Shown: in pieces, positions 49,677 to 59,917 of the stretch | How the letters are laid out: each line of letters starts with the position of its first letter | How positions within the stretch are numbered: the stretch's first letter is position 1 | DNA from: Candidatus Heimdallarchaeum endolithica | GTDB taxonomy: Archaea; Asgardarchaeota; Heimdallarchaeia; Heimdallarchaeales; Heimdallarchaeaceae | DNA: 64,000 nt | Assembly (NCBI GenBank): GCA_021513715.1 | Contig: CP084167.1 | Location: forward strand, 2,496,001-2,560,000 | Reading direction: 5' to 3' | Notes under the pieces: model-generated | What the model was told of the DNA's origin: nothing | Databases searched by the model: none | The model's input: only the letters and a program-made list of their open reading frames with translations | Translations under genes and position numbers: made by a program

Positions 49677-50756
49677 TTGAAAATTATAAGACAAGATTAT
49701 CGTCATGGCTATCTTGAACTAATTCCTGAAACTATAGATGATCTCTATGTTATCTATCGTATTCTAAAACCAGGTGATAGAGTGCGTGCTTCTACAAAGA
49801 GAAGAATACGTAAAGATTCTGAAGATAGCCGCGCAGATTCTGGGGAAAGAGTGAAATTAGTTTTAGAGATAAAAGTTGAAAATATTTCCTTTGGAGATAA
49901 CCTTAGTATTAAAGGCCCTATCGTTGCAGGAAATGAAAATCTTATTTCCTTAGGTGAATACCACACCATTGCTTTAAAAGAAATGGAAAAAGTCATAATT
50001 TATAAGGATCACTGGAATACTTCGGAGAAACAGATAATTAGTGATATAGAAAAAGAATCTCGATTAGCTAAGATAGTAATTATTACTCTTGATGAAGGAA
50101 GCGTATGTGTTGCTTTAGTTACACAATTCGCTGTAAAAATTGTTGCTGAAATTGATCATTCTATCACTCGTAAATTTTCTGATGCAAAACAACATTCTTC
50201 TGCTTTAGGAAAGTTTTTCCAAGAGGTTCTTGAGATCATCAAAGAAGTCCATGAACAACACAATCCTCAAACAATTATTCTTGCTGGACCTGGTTTTACT
50301 CCAGAAAATTTTCTAGACTTTGTTAGAAAAAGAGATAATAGTTTAGCTCAAAAAATTCAATTTGTTCATGCTAATACTGGAGGACGAGTAGGATTACATG
50401 AAGTTTTGTCCCGTAACCTTCCTGAAAAAATAGCTGATGAACAAAGAGTAGTTTACGAAACTAGGTTACTTGAAGAATTCTTTAAGCGTGTAGGTAAAGA
50501 TACTAACACTGTAACATATGGTTATGACAATGTAAAAAAAGCATTAGAAATGGGCGCTGTAGACACATTAATGATTTCTGATGATAAATTGCGGATCTAT
50601 GACGAAAAAGAGCGAGAAAAAGTTGAACAGCTTATAGAGTTTAATAGACAAATGGGCGGAAAAACTGTGTTTTTTTCTACACAACATGAGACAGGAGAAA
50701 AGTTGAAATCATTGGGTGGTATTGTAGCTCTATTACGTTATTCAGTTGAGATATAA
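49677..50756 (+). CDS. pelA: mRNA surveillance protein pelota
   Basis: PETIDDLY, GEYHTI, LAGPGF, GAVDTL, LGGIVALLRY. TTG start placed after the AGGTGTGA SD. Confidence 0.95.
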   Translation: MKIIRQDYRHGYLELIPETIDDLYVIYRILKPGDRVRASTKRRIRKDSEDSRADSGERVKLVLEIKVENISFGDNLSIKGPIVAGNENLISLGEYHTIALKEMEKVIIYKDHWNTSEKQIISDIEKESRLAKIVIITLDEGSVCVALVTQFAVKIVAEIDHSITRKFSDAKQHSSALGKFFQEVLEIIKEVHEQHNPQTIILAGPGFTPENFLDFVRKRDNSLAQKIQFVHANTGGRVGLHEVLSRNLPEKIADEQRVVYETRLLEEFFKRVGKDTNTVTYGYDNVKKALEMGAVDTLMISDDKLRIYDEKEREKVEQLIEFNRQMGGKTVFFSTQHETGEKLKSLGGIVALLRYSVEI

Positions 50757-51859
50757 CTTTTTTCAAAAAGGGGGTCAAGGTAAGTAATAAACCCATTTTT
50801 CATAGGATATTGTTCAATTATAGCTATTTGGGCTATTTTATCCTCAAACTTATTTTTTAGAATTTCAGTTATCTCTTTTATTATTATTGGGCTAGTGTAA
50901 ATTGCCTTTTCTTCTATTTCAGTACTGAGCATGTCTTCAGAAACATATAGTTCATTTTTTATGTATTCCAATATACCTTTAATATCCTCTTTTTTATCTA
51001 GAATTATTCTTCCTCTGACAATTAATCCTTCTTTTGTTATCCAGTCATGCTTTTTAGCATAGTTCTTTGCTCGTCGAATAAATCTATTTCGTAGTTGTAT
51101 TCTGTCTTTGTACACTGAAGAGCAAAAATGTAAAGTAATGTTACTTTTTCTAAATTTTTTTAATATTTTCAAAGCTAGTTCCTTACTTCCTTTTACTGCA
51201 GATTGTGTGTTAGAAACTGGTGTAAAATCCCTTTTCCTTAAGTTCCTGAAGTTTGTTTCAGCAAATTCAAACTCATTTAAATTTATAAAATCTAATCTAT
51301 TTTTTATTGCAAATTTTACAATATGTTCTATTTCTAATTTCTTTCCTGGTATAGCTGGTATCTCTATGCCTACTTTCCAACTGTGTTTTGTGGCTTCTTT
51401 TATCGATTTTTCTATCTCTTCGCTTTTTTTTAATTGAGGAAAATGAAAACGAATCTCATCTAGTCCTACACCATAAAGTAATTCTAGTTCTTCATTAGGT
51501 ATTGCTCTTGCTGTATAGAGATGTATATGAAATTTTTTTCCAAATTCTTCTTTCAATCTTTGAATGTATTTTAAAGTTCTTTCAATATTGAGTGTTGGTT
51601 CTCCTCCAGTAATACTTGCCCCTAATGCATTGATTTGTTTTGCTTCTTCTATTGCTTCTTCAACTGATTCAATTTTTTGCTCATTAGCAAAAATCACATC
51701 TGCTTTTCTTTCTGAACTAACAGGACAATAAAAACAATTGAAAGGACATTTACCTGTAATAAAGATCACTAGTTTAGAACCTAATGCACATAGCTGACAA
51801 CCTAAAGGAGGTTTTCCCACTATCTTATTTTTTTTTGACCATGTTCTGATCTTTAACAT
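50738..51859 (-). CDS. Radical SAM protein (COG2108-like)
   Basis: GCQLC..GSKLV.FITGKCPFNCFYCP, GLDEIRFH, NLNEFE. Confidence 0.9.
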   Translation of the reverse strand: MLKIRTWSKKNKIVGKPPLGCQLCALGSKLVIFITGKCPFNCFYCPVSSERKADVIFANEQKIESVEEAIEEAKQINALGASITGGEPTLNIERTLKYIQRLKEEFGKKFHIHLYTARAIPNEELELLYGVGLDEIRFHFPQLKKSEEIEKSIKEATKHSWKVGIEIPAIPGKKLEIEHIVKFAIKNRLDFINLNEFEFAETNFRNLRKRDFTPVSNTQSAVKGSKELALKILKKFRKSNITLHFCSSVYKDRIQLRNRFIRRAKNYAKKHDWITKEGLIVRGRIILDKKEDIKGILEYIKNELYVSEDMLSTEIEEKAIYTSPIIIKEITEILKNKFEDKIAQIAIIEQYPMKNGFITYLDPLFEKSYISTE

Positions 51860-51910
51860 TTGTTAAATAACAAAAGTGGACAATCTTATAAACTATAGGA
51901 TTTGTTTCTT

Positions 51911-52673
51911 GGTAGTGTCTAGTTTTCTTCCGACAAAAATATTTGTGGGGACTCTAATAGTAAGATATGAAAACACAAAAACTATCTGCTCTTTTTAAGA
52001 GATGCAGAGTCCCCAAGAAAATAATAATAAAAGCTATTTATGAATATATTGGTTCAAAGAATGGGTTGAGGACAGTAGCATGGAAGAATGGTTTAACGCA
52101 TCAAACATTATGGTATTGGGTAAAGAAGTTCAGGCTCTTTAGGGAAAGTTTACATAGAGTTGTAGCAGAGAGAGGGGGAATACCAGAGATTATAGTAGTT
52201 GATGAAACAGAGATTAGGACCTCTCAAGGCTCAATATATCTGTGGTTCGCGTTAGATCCTTACAACAAGACTTTACTGGGTTTTAGTATTACTAAAGGAC
52301 GGAGTAATCTTGAATGTTTACTAACTTTCCGTTATTGGTTCAAATGTTGGGGTTTTAAGCCCCGTATTATCGTTACAGATGCAGGGGTATGGTATCCTGT
52401 ATTACGTCGTCTAGGTATCAAAATCTCCGTTATCAAAGGTGGTTTACGCTCCTATATTGAACGTTTTAATGCTACTCTTAAGAGTTATCGTTGGTTTCAT
52501 TCTATTCTCCACTGCACTTGTCCTATCCGTGCCGTCTATGGTTCTACTCATCTTTCTGGTTTTCTTACTCTCTTTATGCTCCATTATAATTTCGTTCGTC
52601 CTCATCAGAGCTTGGGACATCCTCCCCTTAGTTCCTTTTTACCTAGGAGGTGGTATAAAAACTAGACACTACC
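51911..52673 (+). mobile_element. Complete IS6-family-like element, 763 bp, 16-bp perfect TIR, 9-bp target duplication
   Basis: GGTAGTGTCTAGTTTT (51911-51926) / AAAACTAGACACTACC (52658-52673); TTGTTTCTT at 51902-51910 and 52674-52682. Confidence 0.92.
51967..52665 (+). CDS. IS6-family DDE transposase
   Basis: VVDET...YLWFALD...IVTD...YIERFN..LK...YNFVRPHQSL. Confidence 0.9.
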   Translation: MKTQKLSALFKRCRVPKKIIIKAIYEYIGSKNGLRTVAWKNGLTHQTLWYWVKKFRLFRESLHRVVAERGGIPEIIVVDETEIRTSQGSIYLWFALDPYNKTLLGFSITKGRSNLECLLTFRYWFKCWGFKPRIIVTDAGVWYPVLRRLGIKISVIKGGLRSYIERFNATLKSYRWFHSILHCTCPIRAVYGSTHLSGFLTLFMLHYNFVRPHQSLGHPPLSSFLPRRWYKN

Positions 52674-52720
52674 TTGTTTCTTCCAAAAAAGACTTATTAA
52701 TATATTCCTTTTTTTTCCTA

Positions 52721-53668
52721 ATGAAGTGTACATTTTGTGGGACTGATGAAGTTGTCTATGTTCGCCCATATGATAAGATTGCCTTGTGTAAAGAGCATTT
52801 TAATGAGCAGTTTGAAAAGAGAGTCAAAAGAACAATTAATCGTTATAAAATGTTTCAACGAAAGGACAAAATAGCAGTTGGTGTTTCAGGAGGAAAAGAT
52901 AGTATTGCTCTTCTTAATACTCTTGTAAAAATCGAAAAAGATTTTCCAGAAAGCGAAATAGTTGCTATTACAATTGATGAAGGTATCGAAGGGTACAGGG
53001 AAGAAGGTTTATATTATGCTAAAAAACATACAAAAAGGCTTAATGTAAAACACTATATTTTCTCTTTTAAAGAAGATTTTGGCTATTCTCTTGATGAAAT
53101 AATAAAAAAATTAGGCGAAAGAGGAGGAAAAAACCGTGCATATGGAGCTTGTTCTTATTGTGGAATTTTAAGAAGGAAAATACTTAACGCAGCAGCTAAA
53201 ACTGTTGGAGCAAATGTAGTTGCAACTGGACACAACCTTGAAGACGAAGCTGAAACAGTTCTCTTAAATATTATACGTGGAGATGTTAATCGTTTAGGTA
53301 GGCAAAGTCCCTATCCAAAGAAAGTTCACAAGGATTTAATTCCCAGAGTAAAACCCTTTAGACTTACTCCTCAAGCAGAAATTGTAATGTACATGGTTAT
53401 AAATGGACTAGAGTACCAGGAAGTTGCATGTCCCTATGCAGTTGAAGCTTATAGAGGTAACGTTCGTAATTTCATATTTGAAACTCAAAATTCCCAACCC
53501 ATGCTTTCATTTAATATTGTAAAAGCTCAAGATAAACTAATTCCTTACTTAACAAAAAACAAAGAAGAAACAAAAGGGAAAATTAAAAGTTGTAAGATAT
53601 GTGGAGACCCTTCAGCTAGTGAAATATGCAAAGCATGTAGTTTAAAAGAACAATTATCTAATCTTTAA
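52721..53668 (+). CDS. ncsA: tRNA 2-thiolation protein NcsA/TtuA family
   Basis: CTFC...CKEHF, SGGKDS PP-loop, CSYCG..RR, TGHNLED, C-terminal zinc finger. True start is ATG 52721. Confidence 0.9.
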   Translation: MKCTFCGTDEVVYVRPYDKIALCKEHFNEQFEKRVKRTINRYKMFQRKDKIAVGVSGGKDSIALLNTLVKIEKDFPESEIVAITIDEGIEGYREEGLYYAKKHTKRLNVKHYIFSFKEDFGYSLDEIIKKLGERGGKNRAYGACSYCGILRRKILNAAAKTVGANVVATGHNLEDEAETVLLNIIRGDVNRLGRQSPYPKKVHKDLIPRVKPFRLTPQAEIVMYMVINGLEYQEVACPYAVEAYRGNVRNFIFETQNSQPMLSFNIVKAQDKLIPYLTKNKEETKGKIKSCKICGDPSASEICKACSLKEQLSNL

Positions 53669-53692
53669 TAAAAAAAAGAGAAAGAGGTTTCT

Positions 53693-54334
53693 TTATTTTA
53701 GAGGAGCTCCACAATTTGCGCAAAAAGAGTAAGAAGCTTTTTGTTTCGCTCCACAATTGTCGCAATAAACGAAGTTCTCTGAGTTTTGTGTGGTCTTTGA
53801 GGTATAAGGTTGTGCATAAGCTGAGGAGCTTGTTGAAGTGCTTGATGAGATCCCAGTTCTTGTTACTCCACCATAAGGTTGGTAACCTTTACTTTCATAA
53901 CTAGTCCTTCTTGTTACAGAACGAATAATTGAACCTATAAATATAAACATGAAGACAAGTACAATAAGTGGTAGAAAAGATGAAGATTCAAAAGAAACTG
54001 CAAGTGTAGATACAATGATAATTATAAAAACAAACAGAATGAATATTAATATAGGAAAGAAACAGAAACCACCAAATGATGGCCCAGTTCTATAATATCG
54101 ACCTCTTCTATAATAGGGATATGTACCCCAACCTGTTCTATAGTGTCGACTGCTTGTATGTCTTCTAGTGCTTCCAGCTCTTATAAGTGAACCACTGGAT
54201 CGATGAAGTGATCCTCCTCTAGTTATTGATCTTCCAAATGAAGAAGAACCTACTCTGCTGAATGATCTACCACCAAAGCTTCTAGCTCCGCTGAAGCCTC
54301 CACCTGATCTTGATATTCTCGGCATAACTACCAC
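53693..54334 (-). CDS. Membrane protein with G/S/R-rich N-terminus, 2 TM and C-terminal zinc ribbon
   Basis: GGFSGARSFGGRSF low-complexity region; two hydrophobic helices; CDNCG...FCANCG. Confidence 0.8.
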   Translation of the reverse strand: MVVMPRISRSGGGFSGARSFGGRSFSRVGSSSFGRSITRGGSLHRSSGSLIRAGSTRRHTSSRHYRTGWGTYPYYRRGRYYRTGPSFGGFCFFPILIFILFVFIIIIVSTLAVSFESSSFLPLIVLVFMFIFIGSIIRSVTRRTSYESKGYQPYGGVTRTGISSSTSTSSSAYAQPYTSKTTQNSENFVYCDNCGAKQKASYSFCANCGAPLK

Positions 54335-54470
54335 GCTATTATTTTTTTCGGCAGAATATAAACTCTTCTAAATACATTGACGAAAATAAAAAAAAAGAAG
54401 AAAATTTTGATGTAATAGAAAACAAAATCATAATGTTTAAAATCTCTTTACTTTTTCTAACATAGGAAGA

Positions 54471-54804
54471 TGCTGGACTAATAGCAACAGCTAAAGTGGG
54501 AAGCTAGGGCTCTCCTGTAACCGGAAACGCTCTATATGCCGGGCTGAAAAATGCTGTTGAGGGCTCGTCGAGGAAGATACGCTCTGTCTGGAAAGCGTCG
54601 AAGCATCGCCCCATGAGATTGTGCACACCCGAGGCGTCTTTGGAGGAAGGCGTTAGAAGGGTTGGGATCAAAATGGGTCAGGCACGGAAGTGAGCAGCCC
54701 TAAGGCCGATGCATGATGCCCATGGCAAGCGGTGTGGAGCTTAAGGACAGTAAAACGGCTTCCAAAACGAGTTCGAACTGCATGCTGCTAAGATTGGTTC
54801 AGCA
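54471..54804 (+). ncRNA. ffs: Archaeal SRP (7S) RNA
   Basis: Helix 8 GGGTCAGGCACGGAAGTGAGCAGCCC (54675-54700); terminal helix TGCTGGACTAAT/ATTGGTTCAGCA; local GC island; TTTAAAA box at 54436-54442. Confidence 0.93.
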
Positions 54805-54905
54805 GTCTTAAATTTTTATCTAATTAAATAGCTGAAGTATTTTTTCTACAGCAACCAAAAAGTTATTTTATTGATAATCTTTAATCTATCAAAGAAGAAA
54901 ATAGG

Positions 54906-56060
54906 ATGGTTACAATGAGTGGATATAGCCCTACTTGGACTTCAAAAGGTTCTGACAAGTTAAGAATTCTTCAAGTAACAAAGATACTAATGAATATAAT
55001 AGATAGACTAATCAATTCGATCGATGTAACTGATGAAAAAACTAAGAATATGGTTGAAGATATAATAGCAAACACAATTTATAATTATTTTACACCAAAC
55101 AAAGATTTAGCTATCAACAAACAATATGAATATTTACTGGAATTTCTAGGTTGGAAATTAATCTCTATTGAGAGAAAAAATGATAATACCATTTCTTTGA
55201 GTCTAGGTGCAAACAGATTCATTGAACGTGAAATAGGTAATTTGGCATATAATGCAATTGTTTTAGGTATTGCAAAGTCAATTGGATATTTCATTTTTAA
55301 TAAAAATGTTAAGGTAGAGTTGATTGTAAGTCAGTTTGATTCAACACAATTAACAGTTATAATTGAAAGTACTAATAAGGAGATAACTGCTGAAATTCAA
55401 GAAAAGTTAGATGTTCAAATCTCAAAAGAAGAAGAGAAGGTGGGTGTCGAGCAAAAACAGTCTGCTGTAACCAAAAAAACCTCTGTAGTTGAAGTTAAAC
55501 CTGAGTTAGAGCTAGATATTAAATCCATATTTACTCCTATTCTGCAGAATTATCCTCCTCTATCGATTTTACCTATATTCCATAAAGTTCTATCTGAAAT
55601 AGTAACAAGTTTCTTCTCAGAGATTGAAGATAATCAAGTAGTTACTGCAAAATCTGCATATTCTGAAATAAATACTGTTTTCTTAATAGAATTTATACTT
55701 CGATCTCTCCCGACAATTGGAAAAAGTGTGAGTGAAATTGCTACTCTTACAGGGCAGTATTTAATAAAAGCTGTACTTGCAAAAAACCCTGAGGATATAA
55801 AGAATTATTTGCCAAAAGAACTCTTGTCTGATATTTCTAGAAGAGTATCATATGTTGAGTTTGGAGCTAGAGATTATTGTTCATATGCACCAGGAGAAAG
55901 ATGTGTGGAAGGGAAAAGAGATTTATGTGACTTTGTTCTATTTCTATGGCAAGGAATGTTAGATTCTCTGATTCCTGAAAGAAAATTCAAACTTGGAGAA
56001 CGTATTCCAGCAACAAGAAGAGGAAAATTCTGTTTAGTAGAATTTAGTAAACAACAGTAG
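54906..56060 (+). CDS. Hypothetical protein with putative tandem V4R/Bet3-like domains
   Basis: N-half LEFLGW...LSL...GIAKSI; C-half YC...LCDF...WQGML...C.VEF resembles V4R. Fold is inferred. Confidence 0.55.
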   Translation: MVTMSGYSPTWTSKGSDKLRILQVTKILMNIIDRLINSIDVTDEKTKNMVEDIIANTIYNYFTPNKDLAINKQYEYLLEFLGWKLISIERKNDNTISLSLGANRFIEREIGNLAYNAIVLGIAKSIGYFIFNKNVKVELIVSQFDSTQLTVIIESTNKEITAEIQEKLDVQISKEEEKVGVEQKQSAVTKKTSVVEVKPELELDIKSIFTPILQNYPPLSILPIFHKVLSEIVTSFFSEIEDNQVVTAKSAYSEINTVFLIEFILRSLPTIGKSVSEIATLTGQYLIKAVLAKNPEDIKNYLPKELLSDISRRVSYVEFGARDYCSYAPGERCVEGKRDLCDFVLFLWQGMLDSLIPERKFKLGERIPATRRGKFCLVEFSKQQ

Positions 56061-56071
56061 GTGTGATAAAA

Positions 56072-56533
56072 ATGGGTAGAAAAACAATAAAAAGAACATA
56101 TAAAGATACATATGCGAGAGGGCAGGTAGATAAAAGTGAGTTTCAAGGTCGATATTTTATTAAAATAGAACTTGTATCACTAAAGGTTCTAGAAGATAAA
56201 GATATGCTTGGAAATGAAAGTGAATTTTACTTTAAAGTAGGAAAAAGATTGCACAAGCATCGAATTCCACAAAAAGGGACAATAAACTTAGAAAAAAATG
56301 AGGTTTTTCAACCAACAGATGGGTTGACCTTATATACTCAATTTATTCATAAACCAGAGAGGGGAACAATTATGGTTCCTTTTCATCTTCGTGAAAGAGA
56401 TCCATTGAAGGTGGATGATCATATTATCAGAACAAAGTTGTCTATTCCTTTAGGTTCTTCTGATTATATAGTTTTAGTCGAAAAATCTGTGAAAATAAAA
56501 CTTAAGATCTCAGCCTTGGAAACTAGATACTGA
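56072..56533 (+). CDS. Hypothetical beta-sandwich protein, possibly C2-like
   Basis: IKIELVSLKVLEDKD...SEFYFKV...LRERD...DDHI acidic-loop spacing. Confidence 0.5.
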   Translation: MGRKTIKRTYKDTYARGQVDKSEFQGRYFIKIELVSLKVLEDKDMLGNESEFYFKVGKRLHKHRIPQKGTINLEKNEVFQPTDGLTLYTQFIHKPERGTIMVPFHLRERDPLKVDDHIIRTKLSIPLGSSDYIVLVEKSVKIKLKISALETRY

Positions 56534-56541
56534 CAAACAAT

Positions 56542-57753
56542 TTACCATTTCTTTTTTTTAAAAGTAAACTTCAATCCTGTTTTTATTAAGAAAGGCCAAA
56601 GTTCCAGTTTTGTTAGTAGTTTCCAGACTATAGCTTGTTGATTATCCACGTCTCCTTTAGATGTGAATATTTTCTGATATTTCTGTTTATTTAACATTTT
56701 TACTAGATCATCGATTTCCTTATCATCTAAAGAATCTAAATAGTGCCTAACAAGTTTCATTATGAGAAGATTTCTCGCAAACTCTTTTTTCCATCTTTTT
56801 TCATATTGTTTCAAAAATGATTTTGTATAATTTCCTTCAATTACTGCTTTTGCAGCTATCTCACCTGCAATCCTGGCAGCAATACCTCCTAAGATTACCC
56901 CTCCACCAGTAGTGGGCTTTGTCTGCCCAGCTGCGTCTCCAACAACTAAAATATTATCTGTGTAACTCCTCCTAATAAAAGAACCTAATGGTATTGCTCC
57001 ACTCATTTCTTTTAAAATTTTGAAGGAATGGAATCTTTTCTTTAGCAGATCACTAAAAATAAAGTTTCTCAAATATCGCTTTGCTGGTCGATATCTGGAG
57101 CCAATTCCTACTTTAGCTATTTCATCATTAATTGGGATAATCCACCCAAAAAAACCAGGAGCATATTCTGATATCTGGTATAGTTCTACATATCTTTTGT
57201 CTAAATCTTTTACTCCATTAATGATAAATTGTGAGGCAAAGATTATGTCATTTGGATAAGGTAAACCTACTTGAGAGTTGAGTTTAGGAAATCTCCCCTC
57301 TGCTAGAATTGAAATCTTGGTCATAATTTTATTTCTTTTAGAGTGTTTCCCTAGAATTAATTCGACATTTTCTGAATTTCTCTGAATCTTTTTAACCCTT
57401 GAATTTGTATTTATTTCTATTCCTAGATCATGAGCTATTGAAGCTAAATATTTGTTAAATTTACTTCTGTTAACTACAAGTGCATGGTGTGATTTTTTTT
57501 CTACTATTAATTCTGATCCTCTGGCAGAAAATATCTTTGCTCCAATAATCTCCTTGTTTTGAATAATATCTAAAGGTAATTTCTCAAGACCTATTTTTTT
57601 TAGTCCATTTATGCTTAATAATCCTGCACAGTGTTCAGTTTTTCCTATTTCATTTTTTGATTCAAGCACAAGAACATCAACATCATATTTTCTCGCTTCA
57701 ATTGCAGATAGTAAACCAGCAGGTCCTCCTCCAACAACTACAATCTCTCTCAT
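56542..57753 (-). CDS. Geranylgeranyl reductase family flavoprotein
   Basis: VVGGGPAG, APGFFGWIIP, VGDAAGQ.KP.TGGG. Confidence 0.92.
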   Translation of the reverse strand: MREIVVVGGGPAGLLSAIEARKYDVDVLVLESKNEIGKTEHCAGLLSINGLKKIGLEKLPLDIIQNKEIIGAKIFSARGSELIVEKKSHHALVVNRSKFNKYLASIAHDLGIEINTNSRVKKIQRNSENVELILGKHSKRNKIMTKISILAEGRFPKLNSQVGLPYPNDIIFASQFIINGVKDLDKRYVELYQISEYAPGFFGWIIPINDEIAKVGIGSRYRPAKRYLRNFIFSDLLKKRFHSFKILKEMSGAIPLGSFIRRSYTDNILVVGDAAGQTKPTTGGGVILGGIAARIAGEIAAKAVIEGNYTKSFLKQYEKRWKKEFARNLLIMKLVRHYLDSLDDKEIDDLVKMLNKQKYQKIFTSKGDVDNQQAIVWKLLTKLELWPFLIKTGLKFTFKKKKW

Positions 57754-57806
57754 TATGAATGAATAAAAATAACTATTCAAAAATAATGTTGTCTTATTTA
57801 TTTAAA

Positions 57807-58730
57807 TTAAAAAGTTAATTCCAACTCATCTACAGCTTTTATCTCGTTTTGTTTAATGATGTGTTTCTCCCATGTTTCTGTATCGATAGCTAATTTTAGA
57901 ACTTCCTCAAATTCAATTTTTTTCTTATAATCTTGAAATATTTCAATAGCTTTGTTTTCATTTTCTTTAATCCATTCATTAGAAAAATTAGATAAAAATT
58001 CAGTAAATATTTGGTAAGCTCTTATTTTTTCCTTGTTGGTTGTTAAAACGATTGTAAATGCTTTTTCTATTTTTCTAATAAGCACTATTATGTGCTCTGA
58101 TTCTATTTCAGTTAAATCTCCTAATCCATATTGCTGACTCATGTTTAATATTGCGGAAATAAAAGCAACTAATAAAACAGCATCGTAGGGTAAAGATTGG
58201 GTCATTAATAAATATAAAGGTTGGCCATCTTCATTAGCTATTAGTATATCTAAATCCTTTAGAACTAAACCAAATGATGAAATTATTTCTTCATTACCGA
58301 CTTTTATTCTTTCAATATTTGTTCTTTTATTTACAATTAGGTTAAGTGATCGGGCAAAATTACTTACCAGTTTTCTTTCATATTCCTTTATTTTTACATC
58401 TTCTATCATGTCATTTACAGAATTGCATTTAATATTTGCAAATTGTTGACGAAAGATTTTTACTACTTTCTTTATAATTGAAGAATAATAATCCCTTTTC
58501 TTTACTATAACTAAAAAATAGTCATTTACTGGTTCATAAAAAACTTCATTATCTCCAAAAATGACTTTTTTTGGTATTTTTTCTCCTAATTCTGAAGTAA
58601 GTGTTGTTACAGCACTTATGAAACTTATAAGGGCAGCTTTGATTTCTCTATTAGACCAAGTTTCATGATAGATTCTGTAAAATCTACATGAACCGTTTCT
58701 TTTTAGTATCATAATTGCTTTGATTAACAC
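57807..58730 (-). CDS. Putative tandem longin-like domain protein
   Basis: Two similar modules: IMILKRNGSCRFYR...LISFISAV and ILIANEDGQPLY...LVAFISAI. Confidence 0.65.
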   Translation of the reverse strand: MLIKAIMILKRNGSCRFYRIYHETWSNREIKAALISFISAVTTLTSELGEKIPKKVIFGDNEVFYEPVNDYFLVIVKKRDYYSSIIKKVVKIFRQQFANIKCNSVNDMIEDVKIKEYERKLVSNFARSLNLIVNKRTNIERIKVGNEEIISSFGLVLKDLDILIANEDGQPLYLLMTQSLPYDAVLLVAFISAILNMSQQYGLGDLTEIESEHIIVLIRKIEKAFTIVLTTNKEKIRAYQIFTEFLSNFSNEWIKENENKAIEIFQDYKKKIEFEEVLKLAIDTETWEKHIIKQNEIKAVDELELTF

Positions 58731-58840
58731 TGTTTTTCACTTTGGTTTATTTTTTTTATTTATCACTTTTTTTATAGTCTCAGTTTTTTAATAAGCAATA
58801 TAAAAAAGGTATAAGTAACTTTTTTTCTATTTACGAGTAT

Positions 58841-59917
58841 TTAATCAATAATATAAACTGATGAAGCTTTGAAGACTGCACACATCTCTTTTCCTTCTTT
58901 TATGTCTAATTTCTTTTTTGATGTTCTTGTAATTACAGCTGTAATTCTTATTCCACAATCTAATACTACTTTTACATTCGACGATAAGTTTTCTATGATT
59001 TCAATAATTTTACCTTTGAAACAATTTCTCGCGCTAGTGAAATCCATTTTTTTAGGAGAAAGTATAATTTCTTCTGGACGTATTGTAATAGTTATTTTTT
59101 TGCTTTGTTTGAGTTTAAGATCGTCTGATAAGAATATTTTGATTTCTTTACTAGTTTTTTCAGGAATAAAAAAAGTATGGTTGTCTTCGTAGTAAATAAA
59201 TCCTGAAAAAATATTCTCAAAATTAAAGAATTCTGCAATAAATTGTGATTTAGGATTCTCCATTATATCTTCAGGAGTTGCAAATCGTTCTATTTGCCCT
59301 TCGTTTAAGATTATAACTTTGTTAGCTAGTTCTGTAGCATCATTAATATCATGAGTGACGTAAATAATAGTCTTGTTATAGACTTCTTTTGCTTTTTTGA
59401 GTAATTTAATTATTTTTTTAGCTTTTCTTTTATCAATTCCAGAAAGAGGTTCGTCTAACAAAATTAACGGAAAATCAAGAATTAAAGCCCTCCCAATTGA
59501 TATTCGATGTAATTCTCCTCCAGACAAATTTTTAGGTAGTCGATTTCTTTTTTCTTCTAGCCCCATAAATTCAAGAATGTTATTAATCCTTTTTTCTCGC
59601 TCTTGTTTTGGAATATGATTCAGGGTAAGGGCATACTCGAGATTTTCTTGAACAGTCATGTGAGGAAATAAAGTTGGTTTCTGAGGAACATAAGCTATCT
59701 GCCTTTTGTTAAGAGGAAAATAGGTTATATCCTTTCCTCTGTAAAAAATTGTACCTTCATCAGGAGTATAAATACCGAGGATGGTTTTTAGTAAAGATGT
59801 TTTTCCACTTCCAGAGGGACCTAAAATTACTATTGAATCGTTTTCAGAGGTAGAAAATGTTATATCTTTTAACTCAAATTTTCCTAAAGTTACTCGAATT
59901 GAGTTTACTTCTAACAT
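58841..59917 (-). CDS. wtpC: Tungstate/molybdate ABC transporter ATPase with TOBE domain
   Basis: GPSGSGKT, LSGGE, LLDEP, SARN...FKASSV. Confidence 0.88.
   Translation of the reverse strand: MLEVNSIRVTLGKFELKDITFSTSENDSIVILGPSGSGKTSLLKTILGIYTPDEGTIFYRGKDITYFPLNKRQIAYVPQKPTLFPHMTVQENLEYALTLNHIPKQEREKRINNILEFMGLEEKRNRLPKNLSGGELHRISIGRALILDFPLILLDEPLSGIDKRKAKKIIKLLKKAKEVYNKTIIYVTHDINDATELANKVIILNEGQIERFATPEDIMENPKSQFIAEFFNFENIFSGFIYYEDNHTFFIPEKTSKEIKIFLSDDLKLKQSKKITITIRPEEIILSPKKMDFTSARNCFKGKIIEIIENLSSNVKVVLDCGIRITAVITRTSKKKLDIKEGKEMCAVFKASSVYIID

Noticed and set aside
52439-52720. Hydrophobic N-terminal extension on NcsA in the ORF track
   Set aside because: It is an alternative frame of the T/C-rich IS right half; the family N-terminus begins at ATG 52721.
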